The notes beneath the pieces are model-generated. The model saw only the letters and a program-made list of their open reading frames with translations, had not been told where the DNA came from and ran no database searches. A stretch of DNA of 64,000 bases from contig CM000434.1 in assembly GCA_000165345.1 (NCBI GenBank), positions 800,001-864,000 on the forward strand. The letters are read 5' to 3'. Shown here one piece after another: positions 45,474 to 56,600 of this stretch (its first letter is position 1; each line of letters begins with the position of its first letter). A program made the translations under genes and the position numbers.

Positions 45474-47486
45474 TTAAACTTTAGTTGCAAACCAAATGAG
45501 TAAAAGAACCACAGTGAAGACAATACAGAAGATGATAATTGACCAGAAAAGAACTTTTTCAAGGAAGCTTTTTGGTTTTGTACTTTGCTCATCCTCGCCT
45601 TTATCAGACTCCTGAGCTTTTTTATCATCAACTTCACTTTGTTCTTCATGAGAAGCTTTCTTTTCAATGTTGTTTTCACTATTACTTTCATTAGCCTCAT
45701 CTAAAATTTCCCCTTGTATGTCTTGAAGCTCAATGGCATGATGGTGATGATTATGACGGTGGTGATCATCATCATGTTCAAATTTAATAACTTCGTCCTC
45801 GAGAATACTTTCAGAAAGTTCAACAGGATTATGAGGCTGGATTTTCTGGTGTTTATGTGCAGATAAGAGTAACTCCTTTCTATCATTATATTCCTTTCTT
45901 TTAGCACGAAGATTCTTTTGAACAGATTCTTTGTTTAATTCCTCTAAGGCATAATTATCCATAATTCGACTAACTTCCTTTCCTTTTTCAATAGCTGTAT
46001 TAACTACTTCTTCATAATTTGAACTCATTTTTAAAACAGGCTTACAGAACAGTGCAGCAGTTTCTGTCATAATTTTCTGTTTTCTCTTCTCCTCCATTAC
46101 AGCTTCAGGATCAAGCTTCTTAACAAAGTTAGACATAGTCCTGTATGTAGTTTTAAGTCTTCTAATAATACTAGGGCGTCTTTCATCAACAGCAACATCG
46201 AGTGGAGTCTGGTTGGAGTTATTTTTCTCCTCTAAAGCAATCTTAATCTCAACAGGATCTTTAATTAATCTTAAAACAAAGTCAACAACTTGTAAACTGT
46301 TAGACATTGCTGCAAGATGCAAAGGATTATTACCAGCAGAATCATAATAATGACCATATTTAACACATCCCCACATTTTATGAGCAATTGGATGAAGTAG
46401 AGATGAAAGATATCCATATTCTATCAATTTCTGGTAAACTGATCTCCCATGATCTTTATCAGCTTCGCAAACATACAAAGCTAAGGCCTCTTGAGGATTG
46501 ATCCCTTCTGCAGCAGGATCCTTAAGAACGTCAAAGGCTGCAGTAATAGTCTTTTCAGCTTGAATATTTGTCATAGACTTTAGAGCCGTAATTTCACCGA
46601 ATATTATTTTAAAAGCTGCCTGAGATGAGGTACCAATTAAATCTTTATTCCACTCAAACTTTTCTATAACATCAGAACATGTTGGAGTTGGCAAATACTT
46701 TGATGATTTGGGTTCTTCGCCATCATCTATGCTTCTTTTTCTTCCAAATTGTGTCTGCAATGGCCTGGTTTGTGGCTCACTGGTAAAAGATCTTGTTGGC
46801 TGTACTACGCCTAACAATACATCAAGAGTTGCTGGTGCAACATGGCCAATAGCATTTCCAGAAATTCCATCCTTAATAGAATCTGAAGCCTTTTGTACAT
46901 TTGGATCTTCAGTAGGTAATACATCTTTGACTATATCATCATCATCATCCTTTGAACTTTCAACTTGATTTTGGCCTGATAAGGCTGGAACTATTGACTC
47001 CTCTGGAGTGACCTCGGATCTTTTTGAGCTTTCTTTATCACTTAAAACAAAGTCTCCTGATAAAGATGCTCCTCCGCCCTCCTCTTCATTTTGAATCTGG
47101 ACATCTTGTTTTTGTTCTGTTTGGCTATTCAATTGCTGGCTTTCACTCTGATTTATTGGAATCTCCTCACTATTTTTTTCCGATAATTTTGAGCCTTCCT
47201 TCATCTCAGATTCTGAAGCTTCTCCCTCAGAACTTAATTCGCCAGAACCTTCATCATCATCATCAGCGTAGGTGCTTTGAACAGAACCTTCATTTTTTGT
47301 AAAACCTTTATCATCAGGCTTACTTAAATCTGAAGCTGATGCTGAATCCTCAGCTTTGCTACCTTCAGTTTCTTCATATGAAGACTCAGAACTTGATTGG
47401 TTTACAACATCAGTTGCCAACATACCATTCTGTGCCAGCTTTAAGAGCACGATACATAAAAATAATATGATGTATTGTATTCTCAT
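45474..47486 (-). CDS. Signal-peptide / ankyrin-repeat / C-terminal-TM protein, 670 aa (paralog of the 43717..44989 gene)
   Basis: The ATG at 47486 was verified. It has a signal peptide (MRIQYIILFLCIVLLKLAQNG), an acidic Ser/Glu-rich low-complexity region, an ANK-like core (YGHYYDSAGNNPLHLAAMSNSLQVVDFVLRLIKDP) that resembles the neighbour's NVVHLAVRAESVILIDLL core, and a C-terminal TM (FWSIIIFCIVFTVVLLLIWFATKV). Confidence 0.65.
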   Translation of the reverse strand: MRIQYIILFLCIVLLKLAQNGMLATDVVNQSSSESSYEETEGSKAEDSASASDLSKPDDKGFTKNEGSVQSTYADDDDEGSGELSSEGEASESEMKEGSKLSEKNSEEIPINQSESQQLNSQTEQKQDVQIQNEEEGGGASLSGDFVLSDKESSKRSEVTPEESIVPALSGQNQVESSKDDDDDIVKDVLPTEDPNVQKASDSIKDGISGNAIGHVAPATLDVLLGVVQPTRSFTSEPQTRPLQTQFGRKRSIDDGEEPKSSKYLPTPTCSDVIEKFEWNKDLIGTSSQAAFKIIFGEITALKSMTNIQAEKTITAAFDVLKDPAAEGINPQEALALYVCEADKDHGRSVYQKLIEYGYLSSLLHPIAHKMWGCVKYGHYYDSAGNNPLHLAAMSNSLQVVDFVLRLIKDPVEIKIALEEKNNSNQTPLDVAVDERRPSIIRRLKTTYRTMSNFVKKLDPEAVMEEKRKQKIMTETAALFCKPVLKMSSNYEEVVNTAIEKGKEVSRIMDNYALEELNKESVQKNLRAKRKEYNDRKELLLSAHKHQKIQPHNPVELSESILEDEVIKFEHDDDHHRHNHHHHAIELQDIQGEILDEANESNSENNIEKKASHEEQSEVDDKKAQESDKGEDEQSTKPKSFLEKVLFWSIIIFCIVFTVVLLLIWFATKV

Positions 47487-48025
47487 CTTTTTCTCATATA
47501 TATCTTTTTACATAAATTTTGTTTATTTGTAATCTTATTAAAATATTTATTAATTCTTTAATATTCTCAAATATCTCTTTTTAATTAAATATATTAAAAC
47601 CTTTAAAGAAATTCGTTTTAAAGTTCATTAAAAAAAGTTTGGTTTCCCCTTTGGTTTTTGTTACTGTGAATATTTTTGATTTATTCAATAAATGACTATA
47701 ATATTGTTTATAAATTTTATATATGTATATATTTATATATATAATATATATAAATATATATTATATACTTATTTGCAATAAAATGTTATTATATTCTTAT
47801 TCAAGTATAGACTCTCACTTATCTAATATTAAATGTACTTTATTATTAATTTCATCCAAATTTATCCATTTGTTTATTATAGGATTATTCACACTATTTT
47901 AATTCCATGCACCTTAAATACCTTTCTCTATCACACAATCCCATATTTCTCGTTGGTTTTTTTAAATATTATTTCTTTATGTTATTTATTTATTTCAGTG
48001 TGCATTAACACACCAATTGCACACA

Positions 48026-48385
48026 TTGGCGCCGCCACATGGTATCGATTAATGAATTAAATTGATTGCAAACGGAAAAAATTAAGATGGATGGAAGCCA
48101 AATAATAAACAAAAGCAAACTTGAAAATTTATTAATTTGATTTTGATCTTCTCTTTTCAATATTCCCTATCATACAAATCACTCATAATCACTAATAATT
48201 ATATTAGCTCTTGTATTTTTTTTTTTGTAATATATTCAAATTTATTCAAAATTCTGAAACTCCATCCTTAAACTTATCTATTCTGATTTGTAGTTTGTCC
48301 ACATGAACTTGCAAATGTTTGCAAGTTGCATGCAATTACCTGCATTACACGTAATTGGTGAAATTCAATACCGGTATATAGGCGG
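48026..48385. promoter_or_regulatory. Bidirectional promoter with E2F-like ATTGGCGCCGCCACA plus a composite module (TCCACATG, TTGCATGCAATTACCTGCATTACACGTAATTGG, ATACCGGTATATAGGCGGGG)
   Basis: It lies between the 670-aa ANK gene (ATG 47486, -) and the PDI-like gene (ATG 48645, +). Confidence 0.5.
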
Positions 48386-48644
48386 GGCCCCACAAAATAA
48401 TGGATTTACATGTATTAGCATACGTAAGAAATAATATTAACGAAAAAATGGGATATTTCGTCGGTGATTAGAGTGGAATACGTATATAAGATATGGACGT
48501 AAGGTAGGAGAAATATTATGTTGAAGATATTTTAAGTTTTAATGTTATAGAATTATTAATCAGTGATATTTGGTGTGATTTTGTTTTTGAGATTTCAATT
48601 AAGGAAAAAAGTAAATAATCAAAAGATTGATAAGAGATAAAGAT

Positions 48645-50372
48645 ATGAAGATTTTTACGGAAAAACTGGCTGTATTTATTGCCGTCTTGGTAATATTAAT
48701 TTCGAATATCTCATGCAATAAAGAAATTGAAATCCCTGAAGATGTTACAAAATTGAATGATGACAACTTTGAAGAATTCATTGATGGAAATAATCTTGTA
48801 CTAGTATTATTTTATGATTCTTCCACTACTTCAAAAAATATAATCCATGGTCTTGGATATGTTTACTCAAACGTAGTAATGTCAAAAGGAACAGGAAAAA
48901 TTGCTGTTTTAAATTGTGAGGAATCTTCAATTCAAAAGAAATTTGAAATTCACCATCCTCCAAAGCTGCTATTCTTTTTTGGAAGTATAAACAAATTTGA
49001 GGCATATCCAAGCCATCTAACTGGTTTGGAAAGAGAATCAATGATTTCGATTATCCTTGCAAAAGAAAATGCTCTCTTCATTGAACATGATGCCAGAGAT
49101 AGTGAATCATTGGAAAAGGCTATGATAGAGTTTGACTTGGAAACAAAAGTTCGCTCCTCCAATCTCCCTGTTATTGTTTATTATGGTAAACCAGGTACTA
49201 AGAGAACTGATGTCGTAAAAAACACACTCGAAAAGTTAAGACTAACTGGAGTTTCCGTTAAAGCATTCATTATTTATGTTAAATACAAGGCCGATATTGG
49301 ATTACATATTTATAGATTGCCTGATTCAGATAAGCATGACTCTATGAATATTCAGCCAAAAGAACTTTATATTGCAAAGAAAAAGATCTTGGGATTATTA
49401 GAGTGGAACAAAGATATTTTATCTGTCTTTATTGAAGCTTGCATAAGGCCATATGTCTCTTTTAAAGGTAATGAAATTATGTATGTACACGAAAGTTCTA
49501 ACTCTTTAATAGCTTTCCTTAAGGGAAGCAACACTCTAGATCGGTATGGATCTAGCAATATTCAGTACTTAGATCATGATTCAATGGAATCTTTGAGAGC
49601 TTTTGCAAAGGCTAACTTTTTCCCAGAAGATCCAGATAAGGATTTAATGATTGGGCTTGTATTACCAGGATTAGAACAGGAGGTAGAAAACTTTACTGGT
49701 TTTCGAAGGGATGCTCATGTGAATGATGGAACCTTCCTCTTGAAACTTCGACAATCCAAATTTGAGCTTGGGAACTCCGGGAAGTCTGATAAATTCCTGC
49801 TTACTGAAGGGGAAATTAAAAAACATGGATTTGAATATTTACTTTCTCAGGCTAAGAATAGAAAATTACCCATTTTTTATAAAAGTAAGAGAATAATGAA
49901 ACAGCAAAAGGTCTCTGCTAGTGTTGAACAATATTTCACAACCCCATATCATTTTCTTGAGCTAAATCCTTCTTCCATCAGAGAGCTAATCCAAGACCCA
50001 AATAATGCACTGATAGTCCTTTACTATTCTGAAATGTGCTCAGGGTGCATGGATCTCCTTCCAATTTGGAACTCGATCTCTTCAAAAATTGCTTCAAAAT
50101 TTGGAAAAGATTCCAAATTCCGTGTTTTTGTCTCCGCTTTCGATGTAGAGTTTAATGACAATCCAATTGATATGCAAATTGAGAAAATTCCTTTAGTATA
50201 CTATTTCCCATTTGGAGAAGATAAAGTTTCCAAGATGTTCTTATATGATGAGGAAATAACCTCTAAAACTGTTACTACATTTATAACTGATAGAGTTCTA
50301 GAGGTTTCTGAAGATAATGATCAAGCTGAGCAAAATATTAGTCCGGATTCTCAAATCAGGGATGAGCTTTAA
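48645..50372 (+). CDS. Secreted thioredoxin-fold protein (PDI-like), with one degenerate and one CSGC-containing domain. The ORF-track start at 48627 is TTG; the first ATG is 48645.
   Basis: The signal peptide MKIFTEKLAVFIAVLVILISNISC follows ATG 48645. The first thioredoxin-like domain (LNDDNFEEFIDGNNLVLVLFYDSS) lacks CxxC. A later domain has YYSEMCSGCMDLLPIW, a CxxC active-site-like motif. Confidence 0.6.
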   Translation: MKIFTEKLAVFIAVLVILISNISCNKEIEIPEDVTKLNDDNFEEFIDGNNLVLVLFYDSSTTSKNIIHGLGYVYSNVVMSKGTGKIAVLNCEESSIQKKFEIHHPPKLLFFFGSINKFEAYPSHLTGLERESMISIILAKENALFIEHDARDSESLEKAMIEFDLETKVRSSNLPVIVYYGKPGTKRTDVVKNTLEKLRLTGVSVKAFIIYVKYKADIGLHIYRLPDSDKHDSMNIQPKELYIAKKKILGLLEWNKDILSVFIEACIRPYVSFKGNEIMYVHESSNSLIAFLKGSNTLDRYGSSNIQYLDHDSMESLRAFAKANFFPEDPDKDLMIGLVLPGLEQEVENFTGFRRDAHVNDGTFLLKLRQSKFELGNSGKSDKFLLTEGEIKKHGFEYLLSQAKNRKLPIFYKSKRIMKQQKVSASVEQYFTTPYHFLELNPSSIRELIQDPNNALIVLYYSEMCSGCMDLLPIWNSISSKIASKFGKDSKFRVFVSAFDVEFNDNPIDMQIEKIPLVYYFPFGEDKVSKMFLYDEEITSKTVTTFITDRVLEVSEDNDQAEQNISPDSQIRDEL

Positions 50373-50543
50373 ACTTCTAATTCATTCTTTCTTTTTTTGA
50401 AGATTTCTTTTAATTTAATAACTTTCTATCTAATTACAAACAAAATCATAAATTTAATGTTAAAATTTATATGCCTAAAACTAGTGGCTCATGTATGTAT
50501 ATTATATTTATATATTTTTTATCCCACCCCGGTACCTGGTTAA

Positions 50544-50595
50544 GTGCAGCACGTGCATGCGCATGTTTGCGCGGGGATTGGGCGGGAAAATTTGC
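50544..50595. promoter_or_regulatory. GC-rich island GTGCAGCACGTGCATGCGCATGTTTGCGCGGGGATTGGGCGGGAAAATTTGC between two convergent 3' ends
   Basis: It contains CACGTG, GCATGCGCATG and an E2F-like GGGCGGGAAAA, yet it lies between the PDI-like stop (50372) and the giant gene's stop (50601), where no promoter is expected. Confidence 0.4.
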
Positions 50596-50600
50596 TCTTC

Positions 50601-53600
50601 TTAAGTTGTAAACTTGAAAAAGGTTAATATTGCAAGTGGTGTAAAAATATAAAGACAAAACCCTGACAATTTTTCTGTTATATCAAATCCACAAATCTTA
50701 AGCAAAGGTGGTGTTGAGTTAATTACAAGTAGAACCTTCTCTATCACAATATAAATCCCTGCTCCTGGTGGAGTTCTATGTAAAATATTTTGCAACCAAG
50801 AATGAGTTCTTACTGATGTTCTGTTTATTTGATAAAGTAGCCTTATTACATATGAAGAAAAAATAAACATAACTATTCCCATTGTTAGAAAAATTGTCTC
50901 ACAATTTGAATAAGTATTGATCATATTATTTTCTGAAGATGATGGAATTGTTCCTTGATAAGATAAATATGAAGTTGCATATTGAGGAATTGTTAACATA
51001 AATGAAAGAGCTGAAGTTTTAATGTTTGATATACTTGCTAGATTTGAATATGTTAATGTTGAATGTGAAATTACTGGATTATTATCATTGTTATTCATAC
51101 CAGAACGTATTGATCTCATCAAATTTATATTATTTATAAAATTGTTGGTACCTTCTCCTGGAATATTAGTATAATAATGATCATTTAAATCTATCATTGA
51201 TGATATATCATTATATTTATTCATATTATAATTATCCTCATTATTTGAGTTTAAAATATAATCAATATTTGAAATTGAATCCATAAATTGATTTTTATTT
51301 GTTGAAAAAGATCCTGTCTTAAAAAAGTTATTCATAAAATGATCCCCTATTGATCTTGAATTTAACTCATTTAACAAATTTGTACTAATTCCTCCACCTA
51401 TAATATTTGGAGATGTAGTTAATATTCTTGAAATATCTTTATCAAAAGAACCTCTTACAATATTTGTTGAACCAGAAGCTGATAATCCATTCAAATTTTG
51501 ATTTGAACTTGGATTCTTACTCAACATTGTAGAAGATGAAAGATCTGAAACTCGATTATTATATATTCTATTCTTTTTGTTATATATTGCAACAAGCATA
51601 ATTTTCCCAATACAAAAGAAAATTAAAGTATTTATAGATACAGAAGCATTTAAGAAAGATGTCCAAAGCTTTGTATTCTTATAAAGGATATGTTGTATTG
51701 CACTTCTCCAATAACTAACAATTTGAATAAATTCTTGAACATTTGAATATTTAAATTGGGTTGGAATATGTTGAACTAATACAATACAAAGTCTTTTTCT
51801 TTGTTTCACAAAGAATAATAAAATAATCAAACCTTTCAAAATCTCAAAAATTAAGTTGGAAATCCAATATGTAAATATACATTCAATAATATAAACTGTT
51901 ATTGGAGATTTATTATAAAGGAAATATAAAGTTGAATCCCTTATTAAATATGAATTACTTTTAAATAATGTTATTGATATATTTGATGACATTGCCACAA
52001 TACAACTTATTATCTTGCAAGTAATAACAACATTAAAGTATTCATATGGAGTATTATAACTCACTTCATCCACTAATCGATATAATGGTTTATGAATCTG
52101 ATTATTAGTTACAACATTTCCAATATTTGTTCTAATATTATCACAACTTAAATTATCTTCTGCACTTGAAATAATGTTCCTAATTTTTCTTAATCTAATA
52201 GATCTTTTAACTTGGTTATTACTTTTTATGAAATTATTAAAGTTATCATTAATACTTGGAATTTTTTTCTGCCGTTTAGAATTAATATAAATACTTGTTT
52301 TACTTGATATGTTAGTATCACTTTGATATATTTGTTGTGTATTTTTTATTCTATTACAATAATTAGATAAAACTGACTTAAAACGTTTGTTTGCTGTGTT
52401 ACTTCGGGTTATTCTAATAGCTGGACCACTCAAAGTTGAACAAAATTTATCATTTACTAACCCAAAAGATGAAGATTTTGAAGAATTAATGTCAAAAGCA
52501 ATATTAATATCATTTGATTCAATTTTTGAATTATAATTTTGAATCCAAGGTGTTCTCAAATATTTATCTCCTGAGCTAGTATCATTAGAAATGGTTGAAG
52601 TAATTGATAATAAATCAGGCAAACAAATATATTCTCCTCCTGTTGAAGATTTTTTTACTTTAACTGAACTTTTCTTCATTACTTTCACTTTATTTACTTT
52701 AGAATGATTTGGATTTAATTTTATCCTATTGATATATTTATCATCATCATTTTTTTTTGTTATAGATTCTAAATCTGAACCAAGTGAATTTGTATCTTCA
52801 TTTGATTCACTCGAACTCAAATTCTCATCATCCGCAAAGTTATTATTTTCAAAATATTTTGAAGATGATGATGAATATGAGGTAAAACGAGAATAAGATC
52901 TCGATCCAAAAGTTGTCACATTTGAAGAAGAAACTCCCAATAAATTAAACCTTGCAGTATTTGGTGAAGAAAAATTAGATGAAGAATCTGGTTGAGAAGT
53001 TACTGAACAACCATTTACTTCATTTGAATAAGAATGACTGGCCTTTGTGTTAATGTAGTAATTACTAGTTGAAAAACTTGATCCTGATTGACTATTATTT
53101 AATTCTGATATAAAACTCCCGCCAAATCTATGATGCACTTGTGCATGTAACTCCGGTATTAAATCCATATGAGACTTATTTCTAGAACTTAATTTTTGAC
53201 TTGATAATTTTTGTGGAATCAACATATTTGGTGAAATTTCAATTTGATTGTCTAAGATTGGAACTTCACTATTAATTTTATTATTAGAATTCTTGTCAAT
53301 ATCACTTTTGTCGCAATCAAAGTCATAGTCATACTCATTATTATTATTATGACTGAAATAGTTGTTTTTAATTAAAGTACTTGAATTCATTGCACAGTTT
53401 AAAAGGTTTGAATATATATTTCTGATATTTTTTCTGTTTTCTACAGATTTCTTATAATAGTAATAATTATATAAGTAATATTCTTTAGAAAATCCACAAA
53501 AGTATTTGTTACAATAGTTGGAAACAAATTCATGTGTGTAATATATTCTAACACTTGAACAGAGTGTGGCTGTGATAATGACTCCAATTAAGAACCATAT

Positions 53601-56600
53601 ATAGTCATATTCACTAATTAGGAAAAGTATCGTGAATAAGTAAATTAATGAAATAATTTGTATGAAGAAGAATAAGTATTTGATAATAGACTGAAGATTT
53701 GTATTTTTTTGAGAGTTTTTTTGCTTAAAATAATTCATTGGAGCATTCAACAAATTACTCTTTGTAGTTTTAATAGTATTCATAGACTTTTTATCCTTAA
53801 TATTTTCTTTTAAAGAGTTATCCTTATAAATATACCAAGGTGATGTGAAAATTAAAGACAATGCCAACAATACTGAATCAATGACTTTTCCTGATGCAGA
53901 TACTGGGAAAATTTCTGCAAAATCTCTTAATCTAAATACAGAATATGGCAATGTATTTAAAAAAGCTTTTCTCGTATATTTGAGAATATTTTTTGTTAAT
54001 AACTGAATTGATGATTTTGACTTAAAATTTGAATTTTGGCTTTCATTAGTTACACCCGATATTCCTCTTTTTTTTTCTTTTTTATTTTGTCTGATTAACC
54101 CACTTTTTGTTTTTTTATTTGAATTTATTTTCTTTTTAATCTTTTCCTTACTCCAATCGTTTATCATGTTTTTGATATAAAAGACTTTGAGATATGATAT
54201 AATTGCCCAAAGTAATATGTAAATTATAGATGTCAATAGAATTGCAGAAGAAACTCGAATAGCTGATGGAATTATATGATTATGAGGACTTGTATTTAAT
54301 AAAGTAATGAATTTTGCTTTTTTAGCCAATAGTTCTTCAAACGTAGTATATGAACTTGATTTATCACAGATTGGATGTTTATTCATCATTCCATAAAGTT
54401 TACTTCTACTTATTAAGGGACCTAAATCAGTAACATTAGCTTTAGCTGGTATTTCTGGTATGTAACCAAGATGAATTTTTTGATAATCACTATTTAGACT
54501 TGGAATATAACATTCAGTTTTTTCACCAATACATTGAGAATCTATCAGCAATGTACTGGATGGATCAAATTCATGTTCATGATCTTGACTAAAAATCATG
54601 GGTACCCATAAGACCTCTTTTATTTGCATAATATTACAAATGTTTGGTAGCTCTATTAAGCAGTTACCCAAATATGTATTTATTCCCATTTTTTTATCCA
54701 TCTTTTTATATAATGCATCAATTCCAGTTTCATGTGTAGGTGTTGTTTCCATATTATCTTGACCAAAATAGTCAAAGTCGTCCAATATTCCTTGTATCTT
54801 CTCATTTAAATTGTTGCTTTGAGTATTTTCAATAGCATCATTAATATTTAGATTCTCTAATCTGTTTTTAAGAGTATGAAGTCCTTGAATCTTTGAAAAA
54901 TCCACGTTCTTTCCTAAGAAGAGTTCAGCTTCATTATTTCTTGGATAATTACAGGTGGAGTTCTGTAAAATTTTGATAATATGTTCAAAACTACTGGAAC
55001 GTACAAATTTGGTCATTTCTGGAGACAATAATTGTTTTACTAGATTGATAGCTTCTCCTAAAGAATCAGTTTTTCGATATTCTGTTTTAGTCTTTGATAA
55101 ATTAACTAATTCATCATTTTTGTCAGTATAATTTTGGAAAAGTTTAGTCTTTTGAGAAAAAATGGTGTCAAAGTTACTAAAAATAGATTCATATTCTCCG
55201 CTAGTATCGTGTTGAGAAATATGATCATCTTCTTCAAAATAACCTCTTCTCATTTCACTTCTCACAAAATTCATTTGTTCTTCAAGTTCATTCTGCTCGT
55301 CCAGCTCATTCTGTTTTTCCACTTCCTTATTGTTTTCAGTAAAATCAAATTGATACTGCAAAAAGAAATCGCGACTAAATTCTGGATTAGAGTAAATACT
55401 ACCTTCAACGGAACTACTGCTCTTTACTTTCTCATTAAAAGTAGTATTTTCTAGCTTTACTGAAACATTTACATCTCTTCCATTTGAATCAGAAGCTGTC
55501 AAACTTTCATTAATATACTGGAAGATTTTATTGTGTTCAATACTATTAATTTTAGCCAAATTATCTAGCTCAGTCTCATCTGAATCAGTCTCTGAATTAG
55601 AATCAATTTCACGAATTTCTCCTTCAATACCATTCGAAAGAATAATAATTCTAACCAAAAGTGTAACGGGAATAGCCATCAAATCATCTAAATTTGGAAA
55701 TTCTGGAGGTAATGAACCCAATAATCTGGAAGCAACTTGGATACTCACTTCTGATGAGTAATCAAGACTTGAAAGTACTTCTGATAGTGTCTGGACTCTT
55801 CCTAAAAGAATATTTCGAATAATATCATCCTTTCCTAAAATTGTTGCAGTAATAAGAGCATGCTGTAATGCATGAATACACCAAAAGCTTTGTAACATTG
55901 CCTCCCTTAATATTGACTGTAATACCACTTTTGACGTATAATTTTTATTTAATAAAAGTAGTAATGATAAGATCGAAATTGAATTATCATACTCTGAAGT
56001 ACCTATAATAGGTATCGATCGTGGTGTAGGAATTGAGTACCTTTTTAAAGGCTTACAAAAACATCTCACGACAAATGAACTGACGTGGAAGTCTATGGCT
56101 GGTGATGAGAGATATTCAACAATTTTATGTTCACCTGTAATATCGTTTCCTGAGCTAACCGCAAGTTCGTACCAAAGAGTTGTATTGGTTTTTGGATTTT
56201 GAAACATAAGCATTTCCTCGAGAATTTGGAACTTAGGCAACTTATTGTTATTGTTTCCAGAAAATTTGAACTCATTAATTTGATCAAACTCTTCAAACAT
56301 TTTAAAAGATTTTTTACTGCTAATAGTTGGTTTATATAAAAGTGAATTTTCTTTATTAAGTTCTCTGCTCTCTTTTAACATCAATTCCTCCTGATAATTG
56401 ATTTTGTAAATAAGGTGGCCAATAGGAAGGTTCCCATATATATCAGGTTCATGAAGTTCGCAAAGTTCAAAATCCAATACCCCAGTATTAGTCTGAAACT
56501 TGTAGAAACTAACCAAAATCCTAATCAGATCTTCATCTCCAAGATGAGCCATCCACCAAAGCAAGTTCCGGCCTTCATTATCCCTAACAATGCATATATC

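Noticed and set aside
45410-45907. ORFs 45410..45700 and 45701..45907 (Lys-rich, minus strand)
   Set aside because: The first is an alternative frame overlapping the C-terminus of the 670-aa ANK gene. The second lies within the same gene. Both are low complexity.
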